This document shows, piece by piece, positions 1-9,866 of a stretch of 64,000 nt of DNA. The notes beneath the pieces were generated by a model. It did not search any database, was not told the origin of the DNA, and was given only the letters and a program-made list of their open reading frames with translations. Both the position numbers and the translations under genes were made by a program. Position 1 is the stretch's first letter. The number at the start of each line of letters is the position of its first letter. The stretch lies in the NCBI GenBank assembly GCA_046706185.1, contig JBJKPR010000056.1, positions 11,094 to 75,093 of the forward strand. The letters run 5' to 3'. The DNA comes from Candidatus Sysuiplasmataceae archaeon. GTDB lineage: Archaea > Thermoplasmatota > Thermoplasmata > Sysuiplasmatales > Sysuiplasmataceae.

Positions 1-218
1 CGGAAAGAAGGAAAAATAATTTCCAGCCGGGTGCTCACCCGGAAAGAGTCTGTTTGGAAAAGCGACTGTAGGCAATAGGTTAATATCCACCTTGCCTCGT
101 TTAGCCTTCGAAATACGGCAAAAGATCTTGAGACTAGATGGCCGGATAAAAGCCCGTGGAATCCAAGTGTCTTCAGGAGAAACATAAGCTGATGAAAGGG
201 GCCCGAACGGAGTGATTA

Positions 219-262
219 GATGCAGAAAGGTGATTTCAAAGATGCAGAAAGGTGATTTCAAA
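219..262 (+). repeat. Perfect 22-bp tandem duplication (gatgcagaaaggtgatttcaaa x2) spanning the start region of the hydrolase gene
   Basis: Read directly: 219-240 and 241-262 are identical. The ATG in copy 1 (220) is out of frame and hits a stop. The ATG in copy 2 (242) is in frame with the long ORF. Confidence 0.8.
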
Positions 263-1120
263 TACACAAACGTAGGACAAGTGAAAACCAGGTACGTTGA
301 GAAAGGAAAAGGAGACCCGCTGGTCCTGATACATGGCGGCTATGTCGGCCAGAACAGTACTTTTGTATGCTGGGATCTCAACTTTGACAGACTTTCCGAA
401 GAGTACCACGTTGTTGCGTTTGACAAGCTTGCAATGGGCTTCACTGACAATCCGCCCGCGAATGGCCCCTTCACCACTGCTGCCACAACCAGGCATGCTT
501 ATGATTTCCTCAAGGGAATGGGCCTTGACAACGTCCACGTCGTATCCCATTCCAGAGGGGGGCTTGCTGCAATAAGGCTTGCGCTGGAGTTTCCAGGCTT
601 CGTCCGCTCCCTTACGCTCATAGACTCCGGTTCAGTGGCGCCGGACAATCCGCCGAGGGTCGGAGACTTCTACAAAGACCTGGAGAACAGCATAAAGGAC
701 ATGCCCACGAGGGATGCAATTGTGGCCAGAACAATAGGCAACTCCTATTCCAAGGACCACATAACAGACGGCTGGATTGACGACCTGCTCGAGGCATACA
801 ATCTCCCAAAGTCTGTTGAGGCCAAGAAAAGGACAAGCGGCCTTGGGTCACTTGATGCGATGCCCGATACGAGAGAGCAGAGGGCAGATACTCTGAAGAG
901 GGTCGAGGCTGGCGAGCTGAAGATCCCGACCTTGCTTTTCTGGGGATACAACGACCCGTCTGCACTGGTTGAAAGGGGCATAAACCTCTACAGATTGATG
1001 TGTGGGGCGGTTCCAAGCGTTGACATGCACATCTTCAACCACGCCGGCCATTACTCCTTCAGGGAGCACGCCGATACATTCAATGAGATGTTGCTTGGTT
1101 TCCTGAAGCCGATAGAATAA
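242..1120 (+). CDS. Alpha/beta-fold hydrolase (meta-cleavage-product hydrolase/esterase-like)
   Basis: LVLIHGG oxyanion-hole region. Nucleophile elbow VSHSRGG (Sm-x-Nu-x-Sm). Conserved C-terminal His region. Start moved to ATG 242 (MQKGDFKYT) rather than GTG 212. Confidence 0.7.
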   Translation: MQKGDFKYTNVGQVKTRYVEKGKGDPLVLIHGGYVGQNSTFVCWDLNFDRLSEEYHVVAFDKLAMGFTDNPPANGPFTTAATTRHAYDFLKGMGLDNVHVVSHSRGGLAAIRLALEFPGFVRSLTLIDSGSVAPDNPPRVGDFYKDLENSIKDMPTRDAIVARTIGNSYSKDHITDGWIDDLLEAYNLPKSVEAKKRTSGLGSLDAMPDTREQRADTLKRVEAGELKIPTLLFWGYNDPSALVERGINLYRLMCGAVPSVDMHIFNHAGHYSFREHADTFNEMLLGFLKPIE

Positions 1121-1344
1121 GGAGCGTTCCCCCGTAGCCAGTAATCGACGTACTGTGATTGCCCGCCAGACGACAGCGGCAGCTTCATGCAGTACGGCCT
1201 GACTGCATGCTGCGCGAGCTCCCGGCTCTTTCGGGCGAGCAAGCTCATTCTACTCTGACACCACTACCCGCGAAAAACCTCTTCCAACCTTGTTCCTAAG
1301 GCGCGAAACTGCCCTCTGCCAGGCCCGAAAGCGACGGTGTATCA

Positions 1345-1962
1345 TCAAGACTCTTGAGTTCCATGGTTACGTTCCCCCGCGCCATTCACCTTTCCGGCGG
1401 TGTTGCTGCCGCGCGTGATCGCAAGTCGCATCTCAACAACGGCCTGCCCCGGGGTGTGATGCAGTTCCTCCACGTTGCCTGTGGGAACAAATCCCCTGCT
1501 CCTGTACAGCTCCAAAGCTGCCGTCTGTACAGGATTGACACCGAGCAGGATGTCGGTTGGATTGGCGCAAGACTTTGCCCATGAAATTGCAGCATCAAGC
1601 AACCTTGATGAGATGTGTTTTCCACGGAACTCAGGTTCCACCCACAACCCGAAGAGGTGGAACACAGCCCCGTGGAAAAACAGGCCTGCCAGTCCGATCG
1701 GTCTGTCCCCTGAGCATGCAATCCACAGGCAATCCATCCTGGAAGTGGCATACCGCTCGGTTCTCTCAGTCCAGATAGTGTCTTCGTACGAAAGTTCCGT
1801 TTCGAGCGTGCTGCCGAAGGCGAGCGGGTCAGATTCAAGCGACCTGAGCCGAATGCGCTTGAACATGCTCCATTCGTCCCTGCCAATTCTCCGGACGCTG
1901 ATGTCACACGCCGCGTAACCTGGCGGGTGTGTATCAGGCGACATGACGATAGTGCAGTTCAT
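1345..1962 (-). CDS. GNAT family N-acetyltransferase
   Basis: GNAT acetyl-CoA binding motif LWVEPEFRGKHISSRLLDAAISWA (Q/R-x-x-G-x-G/A). About 200 aa. The N-terminal start is uncertain. Confidence 0.6.
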   Translation of the reverse strand: MNCTIVMSPDTHPPGYAACDISVRRIGRDEWSMFKRIRLRSLESDPLAFGSTLETELSYEDTIWTERTERYATSRMDCLWIACSGDRPIGLAGLFFHGAVFHLFGLWVEPEFRGKHISSRLLDAAISWAKSCANPTDILLGVNPVQTAALELYRSRGFVPTGNVEELHHTPGQAVVEMRLAITRGSNTAGKVNGAGERNHGTQES

Positions 1963-2127
1963 GCAGCTATTTGGAATTTCGTCGCTTCAAGGCGTAATGC
2001 ATTGACCTGCCGGGCGCAATTGCCACTTCTTCCAACTCCGGCCACCCTGCATGAAGCGGCAGAGTACGTATTGACCGCACGCAAGGCATTTAGCATCTCA
2101 TCCTGCTGGATAAGAAATGTGAGCACA

Positions 2128-2661
2128 ATGATGAACAGGATCCATGTGCTGGTGGCTTATGCCTCAAGAAGCGGGTCCACTGCAGAGATTGCAAGAACAA
2201 TCGGAAACGAACTTGTGATGCTCGGCCTGGATGCAACTGTGATTCCAGCAGACGAGGCATACGATGTGGACAAGTATGATGCCGTTATACTCGGAAGTGC
2301 GATTTATGCATGGAGATGGGAAAAGAGCGCGCTGGAGTTCGCCGAAAGGAACTTGGTGTACCTCAGGCACAAACCTGTCTGGCTTTTCAGCAGCGGACCG
2401 CTTGACTGGTCGGCAGAAAACAGTGACATAAGGCCGGTGAGGGCCGTGAGGAAGCTCTACAGGCTCATCGGAGCAAGGAAACATGTCACTTTTGGGGGCA
2501 AACTGCCCGCTGAGTCTAGGGGGCTTCTTGCGAAACAGGCATCCAAGTCTGAAAACGAAGGGGATTTCAGGGATTTTGGCAAGATCAGGGAATGGGCCAG
2601 CCAGGTGGGCGTGGAAATCAGCCATCTGCAAGGGAAGGCGGTCCTGACAGTTCCGAGGTGA
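2128..2661 (+). CDS. Flavodoxin-domain protein (HemG/flavodoxin-like)
   Basis: MMNRIHVLVAYASRSGSTAEIA...DAVILGSAIY is the classical flavodoxin FMN-binding N-terminus. Start chosen at internal ATG 2128; the ORF track begins at 1927. Confidence 0.6.
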   Translation: MMNRIHVLVAYASRSGSTAEIARTIGNELVMLGLDATVIPADEAYDVDKYDAVILGSAIYAWRWEKSALEFAERNLVYLRHKPVWLFSSGPLDWSAENSDIRPVRAVRKLYRLIGARKHVTFGGKLPAESRGLLAKQASKSENEGDFRDFGKIREWASQVGVEISHLQGKAVLTVPR

Positions 2662-3006
2662 TGACAATGCGCATCCGGCGCCTGTAGATCATGGCTGTCT
2701 TCCGATAACGGAAGGGCGCGCATTGGGTGCGCAGCCACGGCTCATGGGGCCGGCATGGCAGATGGGTGTTTGACCGAGCCTGGTTATAAATGAGTGGCGC
2801 CGGAGATATTCGGCCAACCGTAAATATAGTGCATAGGCGAAATCAATAGACAGTGTCTCCCGTTAGACACAATTACACGGTGATCGACGAGACTGGATAC
2901 AGAGGCGCTACACATGGCCGAACAAGGCTCGAGGGCGGATGGCACGAGTGAAAAGCAATCGGAGCAGCCCGGTGCTCGGTATACACCCCACAGTGAAAGA
3001 AGCACG

Positions 3007-3651
3007 ATGCCTTTTAGCAGAAGAAAAATGAGAAGAAGCACAAAACTGATAATAGGTGTAATCGCCACAGTCGCAGTGCTAATCTCCGTCTCCATATTCA
3101 TTTTCCTTTCCTGGAACAACACTGCCACACTTGGGGGAGAAGTTTCTTCCATAAGCTATTCGACCTTTGTGGCCGCAAACTCACCCCCTCCTGGAGTGAC
3201 TGTTGTGAACTCGACCGGGACAATTTACGTCAACCAGACAGGCGTCACCATACTGATTGAATCGACTCCCCCTTGGGCCAACAGGACCGGAGATTTCTTC
3301 ATGTGCTATGGCCTGATCAACCCCACCTTCCAGATCAGGCATGGAATGACGGTCACCTTTGCGCTGGTAAACGCGGATGACGAATACCACAATCTGGTCT
3401 TTTCCGGTGAAGCGCCGCCCTATCAGTACATGCCGATGGCGGGAAACGGCATGGGAATGATGTGGGGTTATCACCAGTGGACAAGAGGAACTGTCATGCT
3501 TAACGGGATGTACGGTAACCTGAGCTGGGGCACAAAGCTGCCCATGGTCTCGCTGCCCATAAGCATTCAGAATACCGGTACATACTGGTATTTCTGCAGC
3601 TACCCTGGGCATGCCCAGTCCGGCATGTACGGGAGGATAATAGCGGTTTGA
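3007..3651 (+). CDS. Membrane-anchored type-1 blue copper protein (sulfocyanin/halocyanin-like cupredoxin)
   Basis: C-terminal copper-ligand motif YWYFCSYPGHAQSGMYGRI (Cys-x4-His-x4-Met) with an upstream His (EYHNLVF). N-terminal RR-containing basic stretch plus TM helix (SRRKMRRSTKLIIGVIATVAVLI), possibly Tat-like. Start chosen at ATG 3007. Confidence 0.65.
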   Translation: MPFSRRKMRRSTKLIIGVIATVAVLISVSIFIFLSWNNTATLGGEVSSISYSTFVAANSPPPGVTVVNSTGTIYVNQTGVTILIESTPPWANRTGDFFMCYGLINPTFQIRHGMTVTFALVNADDEYHNLVFSGEAPPYQYMPMAGNGMGMMWGYHQWTRGTVMLNGMYGNLSWGTKLPMVSLPISIQNTGTYWYFCSYPGHAQSGMYGRIIAV

Positions 3652-4449
3652 CTACTTTTCCCTCCACCTTGCCTTGCTTGCTGCAACGATGAAGAGGAAT
3701 GCAGTAACCGCAACAAGGACAATCCAGCTCATAAGTGCCATCTCCGGCGACAATTGTATGTAGCCACCTTCGTACTGAGCAAGCTGTGCCGCGTAAGTTG
3801 TCGGGGAGAGATATGCTAGGTACCTGTACGGGAGAGGTATGTAGGTTATTGGATAGTAGACAGGCGGAATTGTTGAGAAAAGTGTGGATATCAGTCTGGA
3901 GAAGGCAAAACTCTGAACAATGTCGGTTGAAAACGTTGCGAGGGTGTAGCCGATGGCCATGGAAGTTGCAAACACGAGGAGAAGAACGGCTATGAAGAGC
4001 ATCAACCCCGCAGCGCTCATGTGAACGAAGTAGGCTGCAAGTATGCTGAGCACAATGAGGGCGGGAAGGGAGTAGACAAGCTCTGACACAGCCATGCCGG
4101 ATACATATGTGATCCAGGTCGTGGGAGAGCTTACAACCATATCCTGCAGCTTGAAGTCGTTCTTGAGGTGAGAAAGGTCCGCCTGCAGCGAAGTGCCGGC
4201 GCCAAACATGCTCATTATGAAGCCACCCTCAACCGCTTCGCCTATCAGGGAGCCGTGGCTTACAAATACGATCAACAGCAGAAAGGAGATGGGCGAGAGC
4301 ACTGTGTTTATCAGCACCACCGGGTAGTTCTTCATCTCATAGAGGGAATTCACGAGAATGGATGCCGAGAACTGGCTCAGCCTATTCCTCTTCTTTGTGG
4401 TATTGATGTAACTGTTCCATATCTTCTCCCTGGTCTCCAGCATAATCAA
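3652..4449 (-). CDS. ABC-2 type exporter permease
   Basis: Six predicted TM segments. Overlaps, and is downstream of, the ABC ATPase gene on the same strand. Confidence 0.55.
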   Translation of the reverse strand: MIMLETREKIWNSYINTTKKRNRLSQFSASILVNSLYEMKNYPVVLINTVLSPISFLLLIVFVSHGSLIGEAVEGGFIMSMFGAGTSLQADLSHLKNDFKLQDMVVSSPTTWITYVSGMAVSELVYSLPALIVLSILAAYFVHMSAAGLMLFIAVLLLVFATSMAIGYTLATFSTDIVQSFAFSRLISTLFSTIPPVYYPITYIPLPYRYLAYLSPTTYAAQLAQYEGGYIQLSPEMALMSWIVLVAVTAFLFIVAASKARWREK

Positions 4450-5362
4450 TTCCCTCCCTTCGCACTAGGTAGAAAAAAATATCGTCGAGAGAAACAGGGT
4501 TAATTGTAAACCTGATTCCATCCCGTATTAGGTCCCTCGATATCCTAAATGCCTCCTGCTCACCTGTCAGTATCCTCGAACCGTAGTTGCCGCTCATGAT
4601 CTCCCCATCCTCAACTCGTATCGGTGAATGCTTCTGCCCTGCAGGGATTGCCACGCTGTAGCCGTGCCTGACGCTGCGTCTCAGGTCGTCGAGCGTTCCG
4701 ATCCTGATCAGCCGCCCGCCTTCAAGCATGCCGATCCTGTCACCCAGAACCTCCGCTTCCTCCAGATAGTGGGTTGTCAGAAAGGTGAAACGTTCCTTTT
4801 CGATCTCCTTCATCAGAACCCAGAACTCTCTCCTGGAGACAGGGTCAAGTCCCGTAGTGGGTTCGTCCAGGAATATGATCTCTGCATCGGAAGACAGAAC
4901 AGCTGCCACGAGAACTTTCCTCTTCATCCCTCCCGAGAGGGTGCGGTTCAGCCTGTTCATATAATCCTTCATCCCTAGACTGTCAAGAGCATCCGCAGCG
5001 CGCCTCTTCGCCTCTGAAAATCCGAACCCGCGCCACAGCAGATAGGAGGAGACCGTTTGCATTGGGGTCATCCATGGGACAGTCCTTGCCTCCTGCGGAA
5101 CAATCGCTATCTTCTCCCTGAGGCTGACCGCGTCCTTCATCACGTCGATGCCGTCAAATGCTGCTGTGCCGGATGTTGGCTCGAGCTCCGTGGCAAGTAT
5201 GCGGATCAGCGTTGTCTTTCCGGACCCGTTTCTTCCGATGAGCACAAAAGTGCCGGATGTTGGAACTGAGAAGCTGACCGAATCCAGCGCTTTCCTATTT
5301 CCTCCCGGATATATCTTTGTCAGCAAGTTGCACGCTAGAGCACGTCTATCCAGCCCGCTCAT
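4382..5362 (-). CDS. ABC transporter ATP-binding protein (ABC-2 exporter family)
   Basis: Walker A GRNGSGKTT. ABC signature LSGGMKRKV. Walker B IIFLDEPTTGLD. Confidence 0.85.
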   Translation of the reverse strand: MSGLDRRALACNLLTKIYPGGNRKALDSVSFSVPTSGTFVLIGRNGSGKTTLIRILATELEPTSGTAAFDGIDVMKDAVSLREKIAIVPQEARTVPWMTPMQTVSSYLLWRGFGFSEAKRRAADALDSLGMKDYMNRLNRTLSGGMKRKVLVAAVLSSDAEIIFLDEPTTGLDPVSRREFWVLMKEIEKERFTFLTTHYLEEAEVLGDRIGMLEGGRLIRIGTLDDLRRSVRHGYSVAIPAGQKHSPIRVEDGEIMSGNYGSRILTGEQEAFRISRDLIRDGIRFTINPVSLDDIFFYLVRREGIDYAGDQGEDMEQLHQYHKEEE

Positions 5363-5515
5363 CGGAGTACCCGCAATAAACGATGAATGAACACATAGAT
5401 AATGCCGTTGCAGAGAGGATCAGAAGGGCAGCGGCTGCGCAGGCAGCTGCGGGTCCAGTGAGGTCGCAGTGCGGAACTCAGCAGACAGAGTAGAAATAAT
5501 GAGGCTGACATCCCG

Positions 5516-6388
5516 TCAACCCGATATCTGAAATCTCCGTCCCCAGTACCAGAATACGGCTGCAAGCAGGGAAACATTGAGGACAACTGATCCTGCTATC
5601 AGCCATGGAAACACGGACATGAAACCGGCTGGCGTGCTCATCATACCCCCCAACGATGGAGCGTAGCCGAAGAAGAAATAGTCGTAGGCAGATGCGGCGG
5701 GAAAAAGTACGCCCAGAACCATGAACGGAATAACGGAGTGTGTTCTTGCCGTAATCTCGCCGTTCAGACCAAGGAATATGCCAAGGAAGAAAAGGAGAAG
5801 AATAGCTGTTCCAAGGGCAGAAACAGAACTCTTAGTCTTCATGGAGACAAGCATCGTGACTGAAGAGACCAGAAGAAGGGGCAGAAAATCAAGCAGCGCC
5901 ACGGAAAGCGCATCGTAGGCGTTGAAAGGGAAATGAACTAGATAAAGCGCATAGAACACTGACGCGGAGGCAACTGAGTACGGCAGGATCACGCCGGTGA
6001 CCAGGATGGGAAGCAGGAGAGTGCTCCTTTTCACTGGCAGAAGAAGGTAGGATGTTTCAACCTCCTGCTCAAGATTTGCGGCAAAGTCGAACACAAGCAC
6101 TTTCAGAACAAACACAGACATGGCGAGTATCGTCACTATGAACTGGTAGTAGGTGTAGTCAACTGCAAGGAATGACTGAAACAGCGGTCCGATGCCCTGC
6201 GATAACTCAGGAGGGATGGAAGGATAATACAACCTGCCCCCGATTATCATAGCAGATGGGGAGGCAACGATCATGAATAACAGCGGCTCCCAGAGTCCGA
6301 ATGAGAGTGACTGCCTCGCCTTCATAATGAAAACTTCAAGAACTCTGTTCACCTGCAACAACCTCCGAGAACAGCTCACCCAGGTCAA
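5516..6388 (-). CDS. ABC-2 type exporter permease (second pair)
   Basis: Multi-TM hydrophobic protein immediately downstream of the ABC ATPase on the same strand. The start may be the internal Met at 6325. Confidence 0.5.
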   Translation of the reverse strand: MTWVSCSRRLLQVNRVLEVFIMKARQSLSFGLWEPLLFMIVASPSAMIIGGRLYYPSIPPELSQGIGPLFQSFLAVDYTYYQFIVTILAMSVFVLKVLVFDFAANLEQEVETSYLLLPVKRSTLLLPILVTGVILPYSVASASVFYALYLVHFPFNAYDALSVALLDFLPLLLVSSVTMLVSMKTKSSVSALGTAILLLFFLGIFLGLNGEITARTHSVIPFMVLGVLFPAASAYDYFFFGYAPSLGGMMSTPAGFMSVFPWLIAGSVVLNVSLLAAVFWYWGRRFQISG

Positions 6389-7262
6389 AGCGCTGTTTCT
6401 CGACCGAAAACACTGTGACGCCCGCAGCTTCTATTGCAGATATCACTTTCCCGAGATTTCCAGGACTTGCCTGGATGATGATCGCGTCCTTCTCCACGCC
6501 TAGAGCACGGACTGCGTGAGAAGCATCAACCGGATTAGAGACAGTGATCCTCAGTGTGTTGTCTCCGTACCTGCCTGAAGCCCTCGAGACGAAGTCGGCC
6601 GTTCTTGATTGAGCAAGCTTATGCCCGCCGCTTATTATGATGATACTGTCGATGACCTTTTCGAGCTCAGACAGTATGTGGGAGGAAATAAAGAAGGTCG
6701 TTCCCTTCTCGCTGTTTATTCTCCTGATTGTATCATAAAGCTGCATTCTTGCAGTGGGGTCCATGTTTGAGGCTGGTTCGTCGGCGATTATTACGTCAGC
6801 ACTCGCGCACAGGGCTATTGCCAGCTGAGCCTTCTGTTTCATACCCGCCGATAGCTGCTTCACCCTCCTGTCGCGGGCAGTCCAGATATCAAGTGACTTG
6901 AACGCCTCCCTGATAGCCGTTCTGTCAAATCCGTATATTCTCGAAAGGTGCACGAAGTAGTCATATATCTGGATGTAAGGAGGTATGTTGACCGTGTCCA
7001 TTATGAAGAATGTCTTCTCCTTCATGCGTATCGAGGAATATGGCATCTCTCCGTTGACGCTTATCGAGCCGCCATCTGGTACAAGCAGACCTGCCATGAG
7101 ACGAATCGATGTTGTCTTTCCTGCACCGTTTGGACCGACGAAACCAGTGATGCTTCCGCTTTCAACCTCAAAGGATATCGAATCAAGTGCCTTCAGTCTG
7201 CCATAGATTTTCGTAACATTGTCGAAAACTATAGCGGGCGTTTCCTCTGCCTCCAGTAGAAT
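6336..7262 (-). CDS. ABC transporter ATP-binding protein whose N-terminus lacks a canonical start codon
   Basis: The ORF-track Met (7097) lies after the Walker A. The in-frame upstream extension encodes (I)LLEAEETPAIVFDNVTKIYG...GPNGAGKTT, then LSAGMKQKAQLAIAL and IIADEPASNMD. There is no ATG/GTG/TTG upstream. The only plausible initiator is ATT at 7262-7260. Confidence 0.6.
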   Translation of the reverse strand: MLLEAEETPAIVFDNVTKIYGRLKALDSISFEVESGSITGFVGPNGAGKTTSIRLMAGLLVPDGGSISVNGEMPYSSIRMKEKTFFIMDTVNIPPYIQIYDYFVHLSRIYGFDRTAIREAFKSLDIWTARDRRVKQLSAGMKQKAQLAIALCASADVIIADEPASNMDPTARMQLYDTIRRINSEKGTTFFISSHILSELEKVIDSIIIISGGHKLAQSRTADFVSRASGRYGDNTLRITVSNPVDASHAVRALGVEKDAIIIQASPGNLGKVISAIEAAGVTVFSVEKQRFDLGELFSEVVAGEQSS

Positions 7263-7291
7263 ATCAGCAATTCGAGAGCGAATATGACAGC

Positions 7292-7313
7292 CATCACCGC
7301 GATGCCGGTGATG
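7292..7313. promoter_or_regulatory. Perfect 8-bp inverted repeat catcaccg-N6-cggtgatg about 30 bp upstream of the ABC ATPase start
   Basis: Read directly from the sequence. It sits in the promoter/leader of the second ABC exporter operon. Confidence 0.25.
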
Positions 7314-7516
7314 ATTACACTCTCATAGGGTGGCACAGATGACAACACCTCCGAAAATTGACCGCAGGATGTGGACCAGATTGCTGGGGAATGCATTCAA
7401 CATGGACTCAGCCAGTTACCTGTAGACAGTTATATGCCGGCACGATAGATATAGATCATGTCATCGAAAGTTTACTTCTCTGACCGCGACATGCGCCGGG
7501 GCTGGGGAATAAAGGC

Positions 7517-7539
7517 GGGTTCTGGGTTTCTCAGAACCC
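7517..7539 (-). terminator. Hairpin (gggttctg/cagaaccc, 7-nt loop) overlapping the stop codon of the GNAT gene, followed on the transcript by a T-rich stretch
   Basis: 8-bp perfect stem read from the sequence. TTTATT lies downstream on the minus strand. Confidence 0.25.
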
Positions 7540-8499
7540 GTCGCCGGCGGAGCACATGAAATCATCCCTAGCTGTCCCGAACTCCCTGATTGCCCCCGCC
7601 TGGTCAAGGCCAGCATCGAGCCTTGTACCCATCAGTACTTTCCATTGCGATGGGTAGACAGTGTATCCGTTCTCCCTGAAGAAACCAGCAGTCCCAGCCG
7701 TAAGCACATCACGGAACATGGCGACTCCTCCCTTCCTGACTTTTGATTCTATTGCGCTCAATATCTCAGGCTTTGATTCTCCGGAAAGAACGGCAAACTC
7801 CCTGCACCTCAGCACCGAACCGTCGCCTTCTCTGTAAAGATAACCTGAAGTTCTCCCTTCGCGTTTTACAAGGTAGATGTTCTTCAAAGGGACGCTGCCT
7901 ATCTCAGTCAACACAGGAAGAAGGCCTGCTGGTCTGTGAACGAAGCCGGTTCCCCCGGCAGTAGATGACGCATGAACCTCGCTTATTGTGCTCAAATCAG
8001 ATTTAGTGGCCCGGACAAAACTGTAATTAGGGCGCGGAGACGCCTTCCCGACGGCCCTGAAAGCAATAGGACTGCTGAAAATATCCCTGTAGCCGAGCCT
8101 GGCGTAGAGATCGTGCGCATGCCATGATGAATTGGTCCAAAGGATCGAATGTGTCATGCCTGCCCTCTTCTCAGCCTCGTGCACCTGGCAGATTATATCC
8201 CGTGCAACGCCCCCCCTTGATCTGTCGGCCCTTGTGGTTATCCCTGCGAGCCCTGAAACCTTCATCGTTCCAACTCCTGGAAAAGTGTAGTCAAGCCTGT
8301 ACACTATAACCTCCCCTATCACCTCTCCGCCCTCGATTGCGAACATGCCAAAGTAGTCAGACATGCATCCGCCTCTTTCTCTCAGAAGACGAACTGCGTG
8401 TTCATCCTCAGATCCCCCAAATGCTGCTGTCTGGAGCGAGATTGCCTGAATCTTCTGAGTATCGGTCAGCTCATCATAAGTAACTATTTTCCTTCCCAT
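7531..8499 (-). CDS. GNAT family N-acetyltransferase with C-terminal extension (Eis-like architecture)
   Basis: GNAT core FGMFAIEGGEVIGEVIVYRL...VGTMKVSGLAGITTRADRSRGGVARDII. A C-terminal domain of about 150 aa follows. Start set to ATG 8499 (MGRKIVTYDEL); the ORF track begins at 8613. Confidence 0.5.
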   Translation of the reverse strand: MGRKIVTYDELTDTQKIQAISLQTAAFGGSEDEHAVRLLRERGGCMSDYFGMFAIEGGEVIGEVIVYRLDYTFPGVGTMKVSGLAGITTRADRSRGGVARDIICQVHEAEKRAGMTHSILWTNSSWHAHDLYARLGYRDIFSSPIAFRAVGKASPRPNYSFVRATKSDLSTISEVHASSTAGGTGFVHRPAGLLPVLTEIGSVPLKNIYLVKREGRTSGYLYREGDGSVLRCREFAVLSGESKPEILSAIESKVRKGGVAMFRDVLTAGTAGFFRENGYTVYPSQWKVLMGTRLDAGLDQAGAIREFGTARDDFMCSAGDGF

Positions 8500-8770
8500 C
8501 TGGTACACAACAGAATGTTGTGAGCACCGCATCACAGATATATCTTGTCGCATCAGTGAAAAGGAACAGCCATGGAGCCATCCCTGCATGCAGGCCTCAC
8601 GGAGGCATTGCACATAATGCAGATGCGCAAATGTGCATGCATGGTGAGTTCAACAGGCAGGCGATTGCATCACCCGGCAGCTGCGATCCGCCTGGCTATC
8701 TAGGTACAATGCTTATTCCTGTGTACTGGATATGGCAGATCGCATGATGCATGCGATACGGACTGGGTGC

Positions 8771-9589
8771 ATGGGGTGGTCTTATGATGACTGGGTGGGA
8801 CCCTTCTACCCCAGGGGAACAGCGCAGAGAGACTTTCTCAGGCTCTACAGTGACGTTTTTGATGCGGTTGAGGTCGACTCCTCTTTCTACAGCATGCCCT
8901 CGTATCAATTGGTGGAACAATGGAGAAACAGGACACCCGAGGACTTCATGTTCACGCTCAAGCTTCCCAGGGATTTCACCCACGAAGGGCGATTGATGGT
9001 GCATCCATATGCGCTGGAAGAGTTTGAGAACATTGCCTGCGGACTATACCCAAAGCTTGCATGTGTGCTCATAATGATGCCCCCGTCGAGCAGATTCGAA
9101 CACATGTTCGACCAGTTCAGAGGGCTGATATCTGGAATAAGCGACAGAGTAAGGTATGCTGTCGAGTTCAGAAACAGATCCTGGTTCAGGAGTGAGGTTT
9201 TCGATTTTTTGACAGAGAATAAGGTGAGCCTTGTATGGTCTGTCAACCAGTATGTCAACACTCCTCCTGAGCTCACTACAGATCTTGTCTACCTGAGGTT
9301 CATCGGAGACAGGAAGATCACCAGATTTGACAGGGTACAGAGGGACAGGGCAGGTGAAATGAACGACTGGCTGGGCAGGCTGAGAATGAAATTCGACGAG
9401 GGGAGGGTAAAGGAAGCATATGTCTTCTCCAACAACCACTTTGCAGGATTTGCTCCCGGGACGGTGAACATCTTCAGGAGACTGGCGGGACTTGAAGAAA
9501 GGGACTGGAGGGAGCTCATGATAAAGGGAGAGAGCAGGCAGAAAGGGAACACGAGGCAGACTAGCCTGGATTCATCGCAATTCGGGTAA
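8771..9589 (+). CDS. DUF72 family protein (YecE-like)
   Basis: N-terminal MGWSYDDWVGPFYP matches the DUF72 hallmark (G-x-SGWSY-x-W-x-G-x-FYP). Confidence 0.7.
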   Translation: MGWSYDDWVGPFYPRGTAQRDFLRLYSDVFDAVEVDSSFYSMPSYQLVEQWRNRTPEDFMFTLKLPRDFTHEGRLMVHPYALEEFENIACGLYPKLACVLIMMPPSSRFEHMFDQFRGLISGISDRVRYAVEFRNRSWFRSEVFDFLTENKVSLVWSVNQYVNTPPELTTDLVYLRFIGDRKITRFDRVQRDRAGEMNDWLGRLRMKFDEGRVKEAYVFSNNHFAGFAPGTVNIFRRLAGLEERDWRELMIKGESRQKGNTRQTSLDSSQFG

Positions 9590-9866
9590 CGTGTCGTCAG
9601 TGATGTGCTCAGGCAATGCAATTCAAGAAGACAACACCACCAAGAAGATGGGCACTCTCGCATAATGCAGGTCATTTGTAGATGGACAGGATAGCCGTGA
9701 GGAATTTACTCATCGCAACATTTCTGTACGAGCTGGGGCTGTGCCATGCTGCAGTATGCATGTCTTGTCGCCGAAACACAGTAACGCACACGTCTCAAAT
9801 GCAAGCCAAAAGAACTTATGGGCAATATTTAATTGAACAACTGAGAATACCGGGCCAGATGAACGG

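Noticed and set aside
27-42. Hairpin ccgggtg-ct-cacccgg near the window start
   Set aside because: It is a short 7-bp stem without an adjacent T-tract or an identifiable upstream gene end in the window, so it is not interpretable.
8617-8650. Short inverted repeat tgcacat...atgtgca in the GNAT/DUF72 divergent region
   Set aside because: Only a 7-bp stem in a 118-bp promoter region. This is within chance expectation.
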